64,000 nt of DNA from an uncultured Gemmatimonadales bacterium (GCA_963798915.1 CAWCVB010000006.1:192001-256000), one strand, 5' to 3'; positions 9,813 through 19,233 are shown, counted from the stretch's first letter. The notes: generated by a model from the letters alone, not told the origin. Numbers and translations are program-made.

Positions 9813-11431
9813 CAATCCTTCACTCCCGAGGCGCTGCTTTGCATCCGGCGCTGCTGGTCGGCACGCGTCTGTCGTTCCTCGCGTGACATCGATTCGAGAA
9901 TCTGCTCCGCCTGTGCCTGCGTCATGCCGCCGCTCGAGGGAGGAGGTGGCTGCGGCGTGCCTCCGCCTCCACCACCTCCACCGCCGCCACCGCCACCGGA
10001 CTGGGGAGGCGGCTCCGGCGGACGAAGCCGCTCAGCCAGCTCGAGGTTCCACTTGGCCCGGGCCGAACCGGGCTCGAGCAGCAATGCCTGCCGCAGATTG
10101 GCGGTCGCAGACTCCAACAGCTTGGAGCGCGCGCTGCTGTCGGCCCGCGCCGCAAGCAGGTCCACCACGCCAAGATTATAGAGTGCGCGATAGCGGAGCG
10201 ACGGGTCCAGCGACCTGGCCGCTTCGCCGAGCGCCCGGCGTGCCACGTCCATCCGGCCGGCACGCAGGGCCGCCGTCCCGGCATTGTAGAACGCCGTGTC
10301 ACGCGCCACGGCCCCGGCCGCTGCGTCGAGAAACGCCTTCGCTGCCTCGTCCGGCTGGCCCTGGGCCATGGCGCGGGCGCCGGCTGAGGGACGCTGCGCC
10401 AGCAGGCTCGGGGGGCGTGCCATCAACAGGGCGAGAGCGAGCAGTGAGGCCCCACGCCGGCTTAAAGTCTGCAGCAGCAGCAGCACCGCCGCGGCGAGCA
10501 GCGGGATCCACGCGCGAGGCAGCAGGTCGCTGGCGCGGGTCTCGGTCGTGGGGCTGCGCTTGAAATTGGCCAGCAGGCCGCGTACGGCACCCGCCTGGTC
10601 GGGCGCGTCAGCAGGCACCAGCGTTCCGTCGCTTGCCTCGGCCAGCCGCTCGAGCACTTCATCGACCCGGCGAGTCTCGACCGGAACGCCACTCTGGTCG
10701 AGCTTGTATTCGACCAGTGTGCCGGCGCTGTCCCGGATCGGGATTCGCACCGGAGCGGACCCACCTTCCGCCACGAACACCACGCGGATGTGCTGTGCCC
10801 TCAATTCGGCGGCAGCCTCGACTGCCGAGGCAAGGCTGTCGTGCATCTCTCCATCGGTGAAGATCACCAGGACGCGGTCTCCCACTTCTCCTGATGCCAG
10901 CAGCAGTTGCCCGCCCTGGGAAAGCACGGCGCTGAGGTTGGTGCCGCCAGTACTGGCCAGGTCCGGGTCGAGGGCGTCCAGGTACATCCGGACCGCGCCG
11001 CCATCGACCGTCAGCGGCGTCAGGATGTAGCTGCTGCCCGCGAAGGCAATGACGCCCAGGCGGTCGCCACGGCTGTCCTGAACCAGGCGTCGTGCCTCCC
11101 GCAACGCTCGCTCGAGGCGACTGGGTGAGGCATCTTCCGCCAGCATGGAGCGGCTGATGTCCACAGCAAGCACGAGACTCAGGGCGTGCGATTCGGTGGT
11201 CACGCGAGCTTGGCCGCCCCGCGGCCCGGCCAGCGCGGTCAGCCCCAGCAGCACCACCAAGGCGAGCAGTGGCGCCGTCCATCGACTGCTGCGCCCCGTG
11301 CGCGCCGCCAGGTCGGGCGACCAGGCCCTGGCGAGCCGGATTCTTTTTCGGCGAGCCAGCAGCAGCCACACCCCGACGACGATGGCGACCAGGGGCGCGA
11401 CGAACAGCAGCGCGGGTGATTCGAAGATCAT
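9809..11431 (-). CDS. VWA domain protein, BatB-BatC-like fusion with TPR
   Basis: MIDAS motif DISRSM, PLTVD, FTDGE; TPR motifs YNAG/YNLG; NLELA; C-terminal KDW typical of BatC. Confidence 0.85.
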   Translation of the reverse strand: MIFESPALLFVAPLVAIVVGVWLLLARRKRIRLARAWSPDLAARTGRSSRWTAPLLALVVLLGLTALAGPRGGQARVTTESHALSLVLAVDISRSMLAEDASPSRLERALREARRLVQDSRGDRLGVIAFAGSSYILTPLTVDGGAVRMYLDALDPDLASTGGTNLSAVLSQGGQLLLASGEVGDRVLVIFTDGEMHDSLASAVEAAAELRAQHIRVVFVAEGGSAPVRIPIRDSAGTLVEYKLDQSGVPVETRRVDEVLERLAEASDGTLVPADAPDQAGAVRGLLANFKRSPTTETRASDLLPRAWIPLLAAAVLLLLQTLSRRGASLLALALLMARPPSLLAQRPSAGARAMAQGQPDEAAKAFLDAAAGAVARDTAFYNAGTAALRAGRMDVARRALGEAARSLDPSLRYRALYNLGVVDLLAARADSSARSKLLESATANLRQALLLEPGSARAKWNLELAERLRPPEPPPQSGGGGGGGGGGGGGTPQPPPPSSGGMTQAQAEQILESMSREERQTRADQQRRMQSSASGVKDW

Positions 11432-12399
11432 GGCAGACGCACCAGGACCGTGGTGCCCAGGAGCAGCTCCAGCAGCAGCGCGCCGAGGGCGACGAGAATG
11501 AGCGGTCGAGTGGCCTCGTCCAGCCGGGTGTAGCGAGTGATCTGGATCGGCGATTTTTCCAGCTGATCAATCTGCTGAAAGATCCGACTCAACGCCTCGC
11601 TGTCAGTGGCACGGAAGTACCGCCCGCCGGTGCTCTGTGCGATGCTCCGCATCAGCGGTTCGTCGATGCGCACCGGCAGCATCTCATAGCGGAATCCTCC
11701 CACGCCCCGGCCAGTCGGAATCGGGGCCTCCCCGATCGTGCCGACGCCAATCGTGTACACCTTGATGCCGTACGCGGCCGCTGTCTCGGCCGCGGTGCGC
11801 GGATCGATCAGGCCCCGATTGTTCTCGCCGTCTGTCAGCAACAGCACCACGCGCGACTTGTCCGGGCTGCGCCGCAGCCGGTTCACCGCAACGGCCAGCC
11901 CGCTTCCGATCGCCGTGCCATCCTCGAGCGAACCAATCTTGAGTCCCATGATGGCCTGCTCGACCACGGGGTAGTCCAGCGACAGCGGCACCTGGGTGAG
12001 CGCCTCACCGGCGAAGGCGACCAACCCAATGCGGTCTGCCTGGCGGCCCTTCACGAAACCTACGGCCTGCTGCTTCGCAACCTCGAGCCGATTGCTGGGC
12101 GCGAAGTCCTCAGCCAGCATGCTGCTCGAAATGTCGACGGCGATGACAATCGAGATGCCCTCCTGGTGCACCTCGACGGCGTCGCCGCCAAGGCGGGGAC
12201 CAGCGGCGCCGATGATCATGGCCAGAAGCGCGACCGACCGCAGCACGGGCGGCGCCTTGCTCCACCATGGCGAACGCGCGACCGCGGCCGGGAGCGACGT
12301 ATCGCTGTACGGCACGCTCTCGCCAATGCGACGCCGTTTCCATAGCCACAACGGGATCAGGGCAAGAAGCACCAGCAGCAATGGGCGCGCAAAGCTCAT
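11428..12399 (-). CDS. VWA domain protein, BatA-like
   Basis: N-terminal FARPLLL TM segment, MIDAS motif DISSSM, GTAIGSGL, LLTDGENN, TGGRYFRA. Confidence 0.9.
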   Translation of the reverse strand: MSFARPLLLVLLALIPLWLWKRRRIGESVPYSDTSLPAAVARSPWWSKAPPVLRSVALLAMIIGAAGPRLGGDAVEVHQEGISIVIAVDISSSMLAEDFAPSNRLEVAKQQAVGFVKGRQADRIGLVAFAGEALTQVPLSLDYPVVEQAIMGLKIGSLEDGTAIGSGLAVAVNRLRRSPDKSRVVLLLTDGENNRGLIDPRTAAETAAAYGIKVYTIGVGTIGEAPIPTGRGVGGFRYEMLPVRIDEPLMRSIAQSTGGRYFRATDSEALSRIFQQIDQLEKSPIQITRYTRLDEATRPLILVALGALLLELLLGTTVLVRLP

Positions 12400-13196
12400 G
12401 CGGACTCACCGCCGACCCGCTCGGCCAGCGCCATGCTGGCGTCATGCAGTTCCAGGACTTCGTCGGGCGTACCGGGGGCAAAGCGCGCTGCATCGAGCGC
12501 CGCAAGCACCCGAGCCAGGTCGGCCACCGGCCAGTCCTGCTCGCTCTGCTCGACCATCGCAATACAGGCGGCGGTGTCGAGTCCTTCGTGCGCCTCTGGC
12601 AGGCGCGCTGCGATGGCACGCCGGAGGCGCGCTGCCGCCGCCGCAAGCACCGACCGCGCCTCGCCGGCTTCCGCCCACTGCGCCGCGGGGATGACCCCGG
12701 GCGACGGAGGGATCGGCACGGGCAGGGGCTGACCCCGCCGGCGCCAGAACCAATGCAGTGGAACGAGCAGCAGGAGTGCGAGGGCCGCCAACAGCACCAG
12801 TGGCAGGAAGTCGATCGAACGGCGAGCGACGATCCCCGCCTCCGGCTGGGGCCGCAAGTTCCGGAGGGGCTTGTCCGGAAGGGTGCGCCGGACGACAAAC
12901 CGCGCCGTGGTGGGCGGGAGGGTGTCAAGCGATCCGTCGGGCGCGAGCAGTTCCGGCGCCGGCACGCGCACCTCGTGTGGGCCCGGCGTCCAGGCCACCA
13001 TCGGGGCCCGCAACACCGCACTGTCGCCCCGGACTTCGACTGTCGGCCGGGCCAGCAATTCCACGTCACCGGACAGCTCCCACTGCGGCACGCGCGTGGT
13101 GTAGCCGCTCGGCAACGGGACCGCCCTGCGGGCCCAGACCGTGTCACCGACCGTGGGACCCTGCGCGGCCTGGAGCAGCAGCAGGAGCGCAATCAT
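12396..13196 (-). CDS. Hypothetical membrane-anchored protein of the Bat/MoxR cluster
   Basis: Signal-like N-terminus and single TM; 4-bp overlaps with both neighbours. Confidence 0.7.
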   Translation of the reverse strand: MIALLLLLQAAQGPTVGDTVWARRAVPLPSGYTTRVPQWELSGDVELLARPTVEVRGDSAVLRAPMVAWTPGPHEVRVPAPELLAPDGSLDTLPPTTARFVVRRTLPDKPLRNLRPQPEAGIVARRSIDFLPLVLLAALALLLLVPLHWFWRRRGQPLPVPIPPSPGVIPAAQWAEAGEARSVLAAAAARLRRAIAARLPEAHEGLDTAACIAMVEQSEQDWPVADLARVLAALDAARFAPGTPDEVLELHDASMALAERVGGESA

Positions 13197-14080
13197 CCGC
13201 GACGAAGCCGCCGCGCCCTCAGGGCGAAGGCGCGCCGGAGCGGCAAGGCGTAATCACGGTCCGTGCTCAGCATCACCGAATCCACGCCAGTCGCGGCGAG
13301 CAGCCGGGTGCGTTCTTCACGGCGCCGATCGGTGAGCAGCTGCAGGCGTTCCCTGACCTGACGGCTGCCGGTGTCGAGCAGCACCCGCTGCCCCGTCTCC
13401 GCATCGGCGAGCTCCAGCCAGCCGGCATCCGGCAGGGTCCGCTCCCGCGGGTCCTCGACGGCGATCGCCACGACTTCGTGGCGCGCGGCCAGGCGACGCA
13501 GTGGCCGCTCCCATCCGTCCGCCAGAAAATCGGAGAGCACGACCACGATGCTTCGGTGACGCAGCAGGCGGGTGGCATAGGACAGCCCCGCCGCAAGGTT
13601 GGTGTGGCGGCCGGCGGGCGCGAAGGCGATGAGGTCACGAATGACGCGAAGCGCATGGCGGCGTCCCTTCCGGGGAGGGATGACTCGCTCAACGGCGTCC
13701 GTGAACAGCAAGGCGCCCACCCGGTCGTTCTGCGCTGCCGCCGCCAACGCCAGCACGGCGCCAACTTCGACGGCGAGCGCCGCCTTGGTCATGGGGCGGC
13801 CGAAACGGGTCGAGCCCGACTGATCCACCAGCAGCATGACCGTCAGCTCGCGTTCCTCCGTGAAGGTCTTCACGAACGGGCTCGCCAGCCGTGCCGACAC
13901 GTTCCAGTCTATCGCACGAAAATCGTCTCCCGGCTCGTAGGCGCGCACTTCGGCGAACTCCATGCCCTGGCCCCGAAACAGCGACCGGTACTCGCCCGCG
14001 AAGAGCGAGGTGACCAGACCCCGGGTGCGGAGTTCGATCGCCTTGACCTGCTGGAGGACGTCGGGGGAGACTGTGGGCAT
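13193..14080 (-). CDS. DUF58 family protein
   Basis: Motif GMEFAEVRAYEPGDDFRAIDWNVSAR, SDF; follows moxR. Confidence 0.92.
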   Translation of the reverse strand: MPTVSPDVLQQVKAIELRTRGLVTSLFAGEYRSLFRGQGMEFAEVRAYEPGDDFRAIDWNVSARLASPFVKTFTEERELTVMLLVDQSGSTRFGRPMTKAALAVEVGAVLALAAAAQNDRVGALLFTDAVERVIPPRKGRRHALRVIRDLIAFAPAGRHTNLAAGLSYATRLLRHRSIVVVLSDFLADGWERPLRRLAARHEVVAIAVEDPRERTLPDAGWLELADAETGQRVLLDTGSRQVRERLQLLTDRRREERTRLLAATGVDSVMLSTDRDYALPLRRAFALRARRLRRG

Positions 14081-14085
14081 CGAAT

Positions 14086-14156
14086 GGGGGCCGTGGGTCG
14101 CGGGTCGTGGGCCGCGAGTCGTGGGTCACGAGACCCGAGACTCGGGGCCCGGGACC
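14086..14156. repeat. 7-bp-period tandem tract (6x GYGGGYC-like, then 4x CGRGACC-like)
   Basis: GGGGGCC GTGGGTC GCGGGTC GTGGGCC GCGAGTC GTGGGTC A CGAGACC CGAGACT CGGGGCC CGGGACC fills the moxR-DUF58 gap. Confidence 0.8.
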
Positions 14157-15122
14157 TCAGGGAGCCTTGACCGCTTCCAGCAGGCGGGTCACGACGTCGT
14201 CGCTGGAGACGTTCTCCGCTTCAGCTTCAAATGTGAGGACGATCCGGTGGCGCAGTACGTCGGGCGCCAGGGCGCGCACATCTTCGGGCACCACGTAATC
14301 GCGCCCGCGGAGGAAGGCATGCGCCCGCGCGCCCGAAGCCAGCGCCAGCGAGGCGCGCGGGGAGGCGCCAAACGCAATCAGCGCCTTGAGGTCCGCCAGG
14401 CCGACGCTGGCGGGATCGCGGGTTGCGCGCACCAGATCCACGACGTAGTCCATGACTTTCTGGTCCATGTAGAGCTCGGCGATGCGACCCCGTGCCGCCA
14501 TGATAGCGTCGGGATGGAGGAGACGCTTCACGTCGATGGCGTGGCCCGAACCCATCCGCTCCAGGACCAGCCGTTCCTCATCGCGCGTGGGATAGAGCAC
14601 CCGGACCTTCAGCATGAACCGGTCGAGCTGTGCCTCGGGCAGCGGATAGGTTCCTTCGTTCTCGATCGGGTTCTGGGTGGCCAGGACGAGAAACGGCTCG
14701 ACCAGCTCGAACGTGGTGCCGCCGATGGTCACCTGCTGCTCCTGCATGGCCTCGAGCAGCGCTGCCTGCACCTTGGCGGGCGCGCGGTTGATTTCGTCGG
14801 CCAGGATGATATTGGCAAAGAGTGGTCCCTTCTTGACATAGAAGTCCTGACTCTTCTGGTCATACACCATCGTCCCGATCACATCAGCCGGCAGCAGGTC
14901 AGGCGTGAACTGGATGCGCGAAAAACTGACATTCACGATTTCCGCCAGCGTCCGCACGGCGAGCGTCTTGGCCAGGCCGGGCACACCCTCGAGCAGGATA
15001 TGCCCGCCGGTCAGGAGGCCGATCAGCAGGCGCTCGACCATCTCATCCTGGCCGACAATCCGCTTGCCGACTTCGGCGGTTATCCGCTGTATCATCCCCG
15101 CTTCCATCACCGGCTCTGCCAT
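14157..15122 (-). CDS. moxR: MoxR-family AAA+ ATPase
   Basis: Motifs LEGVPGLAKT, RIQFTPDLLPAD, LADEINRAPAKVQAALLEAM, ATQNPIE, GASPRA. Confidence 0.95.
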   Translation of the reverse strand: MAEPVMEAGMIQRITAEVGKRIVGQDEMVERLLIGLLTGGHILLEGVPGLAKTLAVRTLAEIVNVSFSRIQFTPDLLPADVIGTMVYDQKSQDFYVKKGPLFANIILADEINRAPAKVQAALLEAMQEQQVTIGGTTFELVEPFLVLATQNPIENEGTYPLPEAQLDRFMLKVRVLYPTRDEERLVLERMGSGHAIDVKRLLHPDAIMAARGRIAELYMDQKVMDYVVDLVRATRDPASVGLADLKALIAFGASPRASLALASGARAHAFLRGRDYVVPEDVRALAPDVLRHRIVLTFEAEAENVSSDDVVTRLLEAVKAP

Positions 15123-15124
15123 CG

Positions 15125-15856
15125 TCAGTCCTTGGTTGGATCCATGCGTATGGCTCGATAGAGCGCGCCCTCTTCGACGGGCGTGAGTGGCCGATACTCG
15201 CCCGGTGCGAGGTCACCGAGCCGCACCGGACCATAGCTCAGTCGCGCCAGGCGCTCGACTTTGAGTCCCATCGCCTCACACCAGCGCCGCACGATGCGGT
15301 TCCGCCCCTCGTGCAGCGTCACGTCCAGGATGCTCCGACCCTCTCGACCCGGACGCACCCTCACGTCCGAAGGTTCCACGCGGCGGCCGTCCAGTTCCAC
15401 TGGCCGTCGCGCGAGCGCCTCGATCTCCGCCGTGCCCTGGCCGTGCACGAGCGCGCTGTATCGCCGGGGAATGTGGTATCGCGGGTGGGTCAGCCGGTGG
15501 ACGGCCTCACCGTCGGTAGTCAGGAGCAGGAGCCCGGTCGTCATCACGTCCAGGCGACCGACGTAGGTGAGTCCGGCCGGATCGCGAATCAGGTCGAGCA
15601 CCGACGACCGGCCCTGTTCGTCGTTCATGGTCGTGACGACGCCAAGTGGCTTGTGCAGGGCCAGCCACCGTCGTTCCACCAGTCGCACTGTCTTTCCCGA
15701 GACGGTGATCCGCTGGTGCGACGGGTCGACCTTGCTGCCGAGTTCCGCCACCTTGCCATCGACCTTGACCTTGCCGTCCCGGATCAACTCCTCGGCCGCG
15801 CGGCGCGAGGCGACACCCGCCCGGGCCAGAGCTCGCTGCAGTCGCATTTCGCTCAT
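15125..15856 (-). CDS. rluB: rRNA pseudouridine synthase, RsuA/RluB family
   Basis: S4 domain RLQRALARAGVASRR, catalytic VGRLD, EGRNR; adjacent to scpAB. Confidence 0.85.
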   Translation of the reverse strand: MSEMRLQRALARAGVASRRAAEELIRDGKVKVDGKVAELGSKVDPSHQRITVSGKTVRLVERRWLALHKPLGVVTTMNDEQGRSSVLDLIRDPAGLTYVGRLDVMTTGLLLLTTDGEAVHRLTHPRYHIPRRYSALVHGQGTAEIEALARRPVELDGRRVEPSDVRVRPGREGRSILDVTLHEGRNRIVRRWCEAMGLKVERLARLSYGPVRLGDLAPGEYRPLTPVEEGALYRAIRMDPTKD

Positions 15857-16440
15857 GACTCGGCCGGGATCGCCACCTCCGCCTCCTCAGCATGGTCCGC
15901 GTCCTGCGGCGCGTGCGGATGCAAGGCGATGCTGAGCTCCTCGGCCCGGGGCAGGTCCGCCAGGTCGCGGAGCCCAAGCAGCTCAAGAAAGAGCGGCGTG
16001 GTGCCGTACAGCAGCGGACGCCCCAGGCCCTCGGCCCGTCCCACCACTTCGATCAGTCCGCGTTCCTGCAGCGTGCGCAATACGCCGCCAGCCGAGACCC
16101 CACGGATCTCCTCGATTTCGGCCCGCCCGACCGGCTGCCGGTAGGAGATCACCGCCAGTGTCTCCAGCGTAGCAGCCGAAAGCCGCGGAGCGCGCTGCGA
16201 GAACTGGGCCCGCTCGATCGCCGCGGCATGGACGGGGCGACTGAGGATCTGGTAGCCACCGGCGAGCTCCACCAGCTCGACACCATGTTGGCCGAAGTCG
16301 TAGAGCTCGCGCAACTGCTCCAGCGCGGCCCGGACGTCCGCCAGCGACGCTTCCGCGTCCAGCAGGCAGAGTTCCTCGGCCGCCAGCGGTCGATTGGACG
16401 AAAACAGGGCGGCTTCAAGCAGCTGAGCGAGAGGAGTCAC
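15853..16440 (-). CDS. scpB: SMC-Scp complex subunit ScpB
   Basis: Motifs LEAALF, LETLAVISYRQPV, IRGV, GRPLLYGTT; GTG start at 16440. Confidence 0.95.
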   Translation of the reverse strand: MTPLAQLLEAALFSSNRPLAAEELCLLDAEASLADVRAALEQLRELYDFGQHGVELVELAGGYQILSRPVHAAAIERAQFSQRAPRLSAATLETLAVISYRQPVGRAEIEEIRGVSAGGVLRTLQERGLIEVVGRAEGLGRPLLYGTTPLFLELLGLRDLADLPRAEELSIALHPHAPQDADHAEEAEVAIPAES

Positions 16441-17167
16441 GGGCAATCCACAGAGGCGCAAACGGCGCCGGTTGTGAGAGGTTCAAGGCGCCACGGCGTG
16501 CCAGTTCCAGCAGCGCCAGCAACGTGGACAGGACGTCAACAATGCCTGGCTCGGGGCCCAGGGCCTCACGCCAGGTGCACCCCTCCTGCGCATCGAGGAG
16601 CGCCTCGATCCTTCGCGTGGCGCCTTCGACGTCGAGTGGCCGGGCGACGACCTTGTGCAGCACTGGCGACGGAATCGCCATGATCACGCGCTCCACCGCC
16701 TCGAGCAGCTGCAGCAGGTCCAGCGTCAGCGGCGGCGGTGGCAGCACCGGTGGCGGAGGGAGGTAGCCACGCGCGTGACTCAGCGACCGTCGTTCCGCCG
16801 AACGGGCCATCCAGAGCGCGATCTCCTTGATCTGCTGATACTCCAGCAGGCGGCGGACCAGCTCGGCGCGCGGATCCTCCCAACCCTCCTCATCCGAGTG
16901 GCGCGGCAGCAGCAGCTGCGCCTTGAGCCTCACCAGGCGGCTCGCCATATCGAGATAATCTGCGGCCTGGTTGAGCCCGAGGACATGGATGACGCGCAGG
17001 AACTGGTCGGCGATTCGCGCGATCGGGATATCAGCGATTTCCAGCTGCTCTTCGCGCAGGAGGTGGAGCAGCAGGTCCAGCGGCCCCGTGAACTGGTCAA
17101 GTTCCACCACGAAGGCCGTCAGGTCGGCACCGTGCGCCGGCGCGCTGGTCAGAGCGGGACTGGTCAT
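16415..17167 (-). CDS. scpA: Segregation and condensation protein A
   Basis: Motifs FTGPLDLLLHL, ELVRRLLEY, LLALLEL; ATG overlaps the upstream stop. Confidence 0.93.
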   Translation of the reverse strand: MTSPALTSAPAHGADLTAFVVELDQFTGPLDLLLHLLREEQLEIADIPIARIADQFLRVIHVLGLNQAADYLDMASRLVRLKAQLLLPRHSDEEGWEDPRAELVRRLLEYQQIKEIALWMARSAERRSLSHARGYLPPPPVLPPPPLTLDLLQLLEAVERVIMAIPSPVLHKVVARPLDVEGATRRIEALLDAQEGCTWREALGPEPGIVDVLSTLLALLELARRGALNLSQPAPFAPLWIARDSSRSAA

Positions 17168-17862
17168 GAGAAGATGTGCAACCCGGTGCCGAGCTGATAC
17201 GGGGCCATGAGCCCGAAGAGCAGTCGCAACCCGAGAAACGCTGGCGTCAGGAGAAAGGTCACCGCGCCGCGAAAGACAAACAACAGGACCAGCAACGGCA
17301 GAAGGCCGAACCGCTGGAGACTGCGATATCTTGCGCCGAGACCCGGCGGAAGCAGATGGTAGAAAATGTGAGAGCCATCCAGCGGCGGCACGGGAATGAG
17401 GTTGAAGAAGCAGAGCAGCAAGTTCAACCAGACGCCCCACGCCAGCATCCGTTGCAGCGCGTTGAGCGCCGCGGCCGCGCCCGCTGCGTGGGCTCCCGCC
17501 AGGCCAGCCAGGATGAAGAGCACGGCGCACGCCAGTGCGAGTCCCAGGTTCGTCACCACGCCGGCCGCGCTCACGATGATGTCACCCCGGCGGAACTTGC
17601 GATATTTGCGTGGATTGACCGGCACCGGCCGGGCTCCACCGAAGGTGAAACGGCCCTGACTCCCAAACCAGAGCACGGCCGGCACCAGCAGGCTCATGAA
17701 CGGATCGATGTGCGGTAGCGGATTCAGCGTCAACCGGCCAAGCATGTAGGCGGTGTCATCGCCCTGCGCGAAGGCCGCGGCCGCATGCGCATACTCATGG
17801 GCCACCATGGCGAATACAAGCATCGGGAGCGCAAGTATGAAATTGCCGAGCTGGGCTTCCAG
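17164..17862 (-). CDS. Site-2 (M50) membrane metalloprotease; start uncertain (ATG 17823 or CTG 17862)
   Basis: Motifs HEYAH, GRLTLNPLPHID, NLIPVPPLDG. Confidence 0.88.
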   Translation of the reverse strand: MEAQLGNFILALPMLVFAMVAHEYAHAAAAFAQGDDTAYMLGRLTLNPLPHIDPFMSLLVPAVLWFGSQGRFTFGGARPVPVNPRKYRKFRRGDIIVSAAGVVTNLGLALACAVLFILAGLAGAHAAGAAAALNALQRMLAWGVWLNLLLCFFNLIPVPPLDGSHIFYHLLPPGLGARYRSLQRFGLLPLLVLLFVFRGAVTFLLTPAFLGLRLLFGLMAPYQLGTGLHIFS

Positions 17863-17890
17863 AGTCCGTCCTCGCTGTCCGGGCGGTGGG

Positions 17891-17920
17891 AGTTTACACG
17901 GGCTTGCCCCTGCAAGTCAA
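17891..17920 (-). promoter_or_regulatory. Putative sigma70 promoter for the S2P-scpAB operon (TTGACT-18-TAAACT)
   Basis: Hexamers read directly in the divergent intergenic region. Confidence 0.5.
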
Positions 17921-17933
17921 AAGTTGACCCCGC

Positions 17934-17962
17934 TTGACCTTAGACGCACTTGCGGCTATTCT
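17934..17962 (+). promoter_or_regulatory. Putative sigma70 promoter for rpsT (TTGACC-17-TATTCT)
   Basis: Near-consensus hexamers with a 17-bp spacer. Confidence 0.6.
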
Positions 17963-18015
17963 TTCCGACTGTTTCGGAACAGTCCGTGTTCCGCGATCAC
18001 CCCAGTGAGGTAGCC

Positions 18016-18273
18016 GTGCCCCGAATCAGGTCATCCAAGAAGCGCATGCGTCAGAACCGCACCACGCGCGAGCGGAATCGCACCCAGCGCAGTCAGCTGC
18101 GTTCAGCCGTCAGGCAGGCGCGTGCAGCCGGCGGCGAAAAGCCGGCCCTGATCGAAACGGCCAGCAGCCTGCTGGACCGGGCCGGCCGGAAGCGGCTGAT
18201 CCATCCCAATGCGGCGGCTCGGCAAAAGAGCCGCATGGCCAAGGCACGTAACGCCGCGACCAAAGCGTCGTAG
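18016..18273 (+). CDS. rpsT: 30S ribosomal protein S20
   Basis: Sequence PRIRSSKKRMRQ...IHPNAAARQKSR; RBS GAGG before the GTG. Confidence 0.95.
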   Translation: MPRIRSSKKRMRQNRTTRERNRTQRSQLRSAVRQARAAGGEKPALIETASSLLDRAGRKRLIHPNAAARQKSRMAKARNAATKAS

Positions 18274-18293
18274 GCGCTCGGCGCTATAATTTG

Positions 18294-18323
18294 AAAGGGC
18301 GTCCGTCATGCGGACGCCCTTTT
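18294..18323 (+). terminator. Intrinsic terminator after rpsT (possibly bidirectional)
   Basis: AAAGGGCGTCCG-TCATG-CGGACGCCCTTTT. Confidence 0.85.
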
Positions 18324-18408
18324 GAGTATCAGTAACTTGAGAAACTGCTCGAAGTAGAAATACCTATCACCCATAGCCGCTGTTTCTTACCGGATATCTG
18401 CCACGAAG

Positions 18409-19233
18409 CTACAGGGCCGCCAGCTCGGCCCCACACCGCTCGCAGTACCATTCCGTCGGTCGATTGAGGGTCCCGCATTCTCCACATTTCAGCGTCTTGG
18501 CCTGGTTGGTTCCGGAGGCCGGCGACTTGGACGCGGCCGCCGGGGCAATTGGTGCCGTCGCGGTCGGCGACGACGCGCTTCCGGCTGGCACCGATTCCTC
18601 GGCGGTCGGCTGGTCGTCGGATGCGTTCTGGGGTGAAAGCGAGGAAGACTGCTCCACGGCGACCGACTTCAGGAAATCGAGTTCGTCATCGGATGGCGCC
18701 GGTTTCCGCGGCGGGGTCGGCTTGGTGCTCGCCGCCGACGGAGCACTGGCCTGCCGTGCCGGAGCCGGCGGCGCTTCGACCACCGCCGCGGCCTTGCGCT
18801 CGTGGCCTTCGATCGATTCCTGCACCTCGGTGAGGCGATCGATCTCGACTCGGACCCGGCTCAGTTCCTTCCGGATCCCGTCGAGGGACGCGTTCTGGAC
18901 CCGGCTGATTTCGCCCCACTTGGCGTCGGTGTACTCTCCGACGGTATGGCGCAGCTCGGCCTCCGCGACCGTCTCGAGCGCTTCGCCCTCGCGCTTGGAA
19001 AGGTCCGTCTCCGACGTACGGAGCCGCTCCAGGTCGGCAATGATGGCGTCCCCATGCTCACGAAGCGCCTCCATGATCCGGCCGAGGCGCGACTCGTAAT
19101 CGGCTCGGACCCGGTGGCGCACCGCCTCAGGGGCATCCGAGGCGGCCAACTTGGAGAGCCACTCCTCGAACTGAGCGCGCTCGCCCAGGAGCGACTGGAC
19201 CGGATTGGAATTCGAGTCGGGAGCCTTGGCCAT
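18409..19233 (-). CDS. Hypothetical coiled-coil protein with low-complexity linker and C-terminal Cys4 zinc ribbon
   Basis: Heptad-rich N-terminal half, Pro/Ala/Ser linker, CGECGTLNRPTEWYCERCG; RBS GGAAGG. Confidence 0.8.
   Translation of the reverse strand: MAKAPDSNSNPVQSLLGERAQFEEWLSKLAASDAPEAVRHRVRADYESRLGRIMEALREHGDAIIADLERLRTSETDLSKREGEALETVAEAELRHTVGEYTDAKWGEISRVQNASLDGIRKELSRVRVEIDRLTEVQESIEGHERKAAAVVEAPPAPARQASAPSAASTKPTPPRKPAPSDDELDFLKSVAVEQSSSLSPQNASDDQPTAEESVPAGSASSPTATAPIAPAAASKSPASGTNQAKTLKCGECGTLNRPTEWYCERCGAELAAL

Noticed and set aside
9958..9999. Phase-variable simple repeat in the poly-Gly tract
   Set aside because: In-frame mixed Gly codons, consistent with a protein linker rather than a slippage switch
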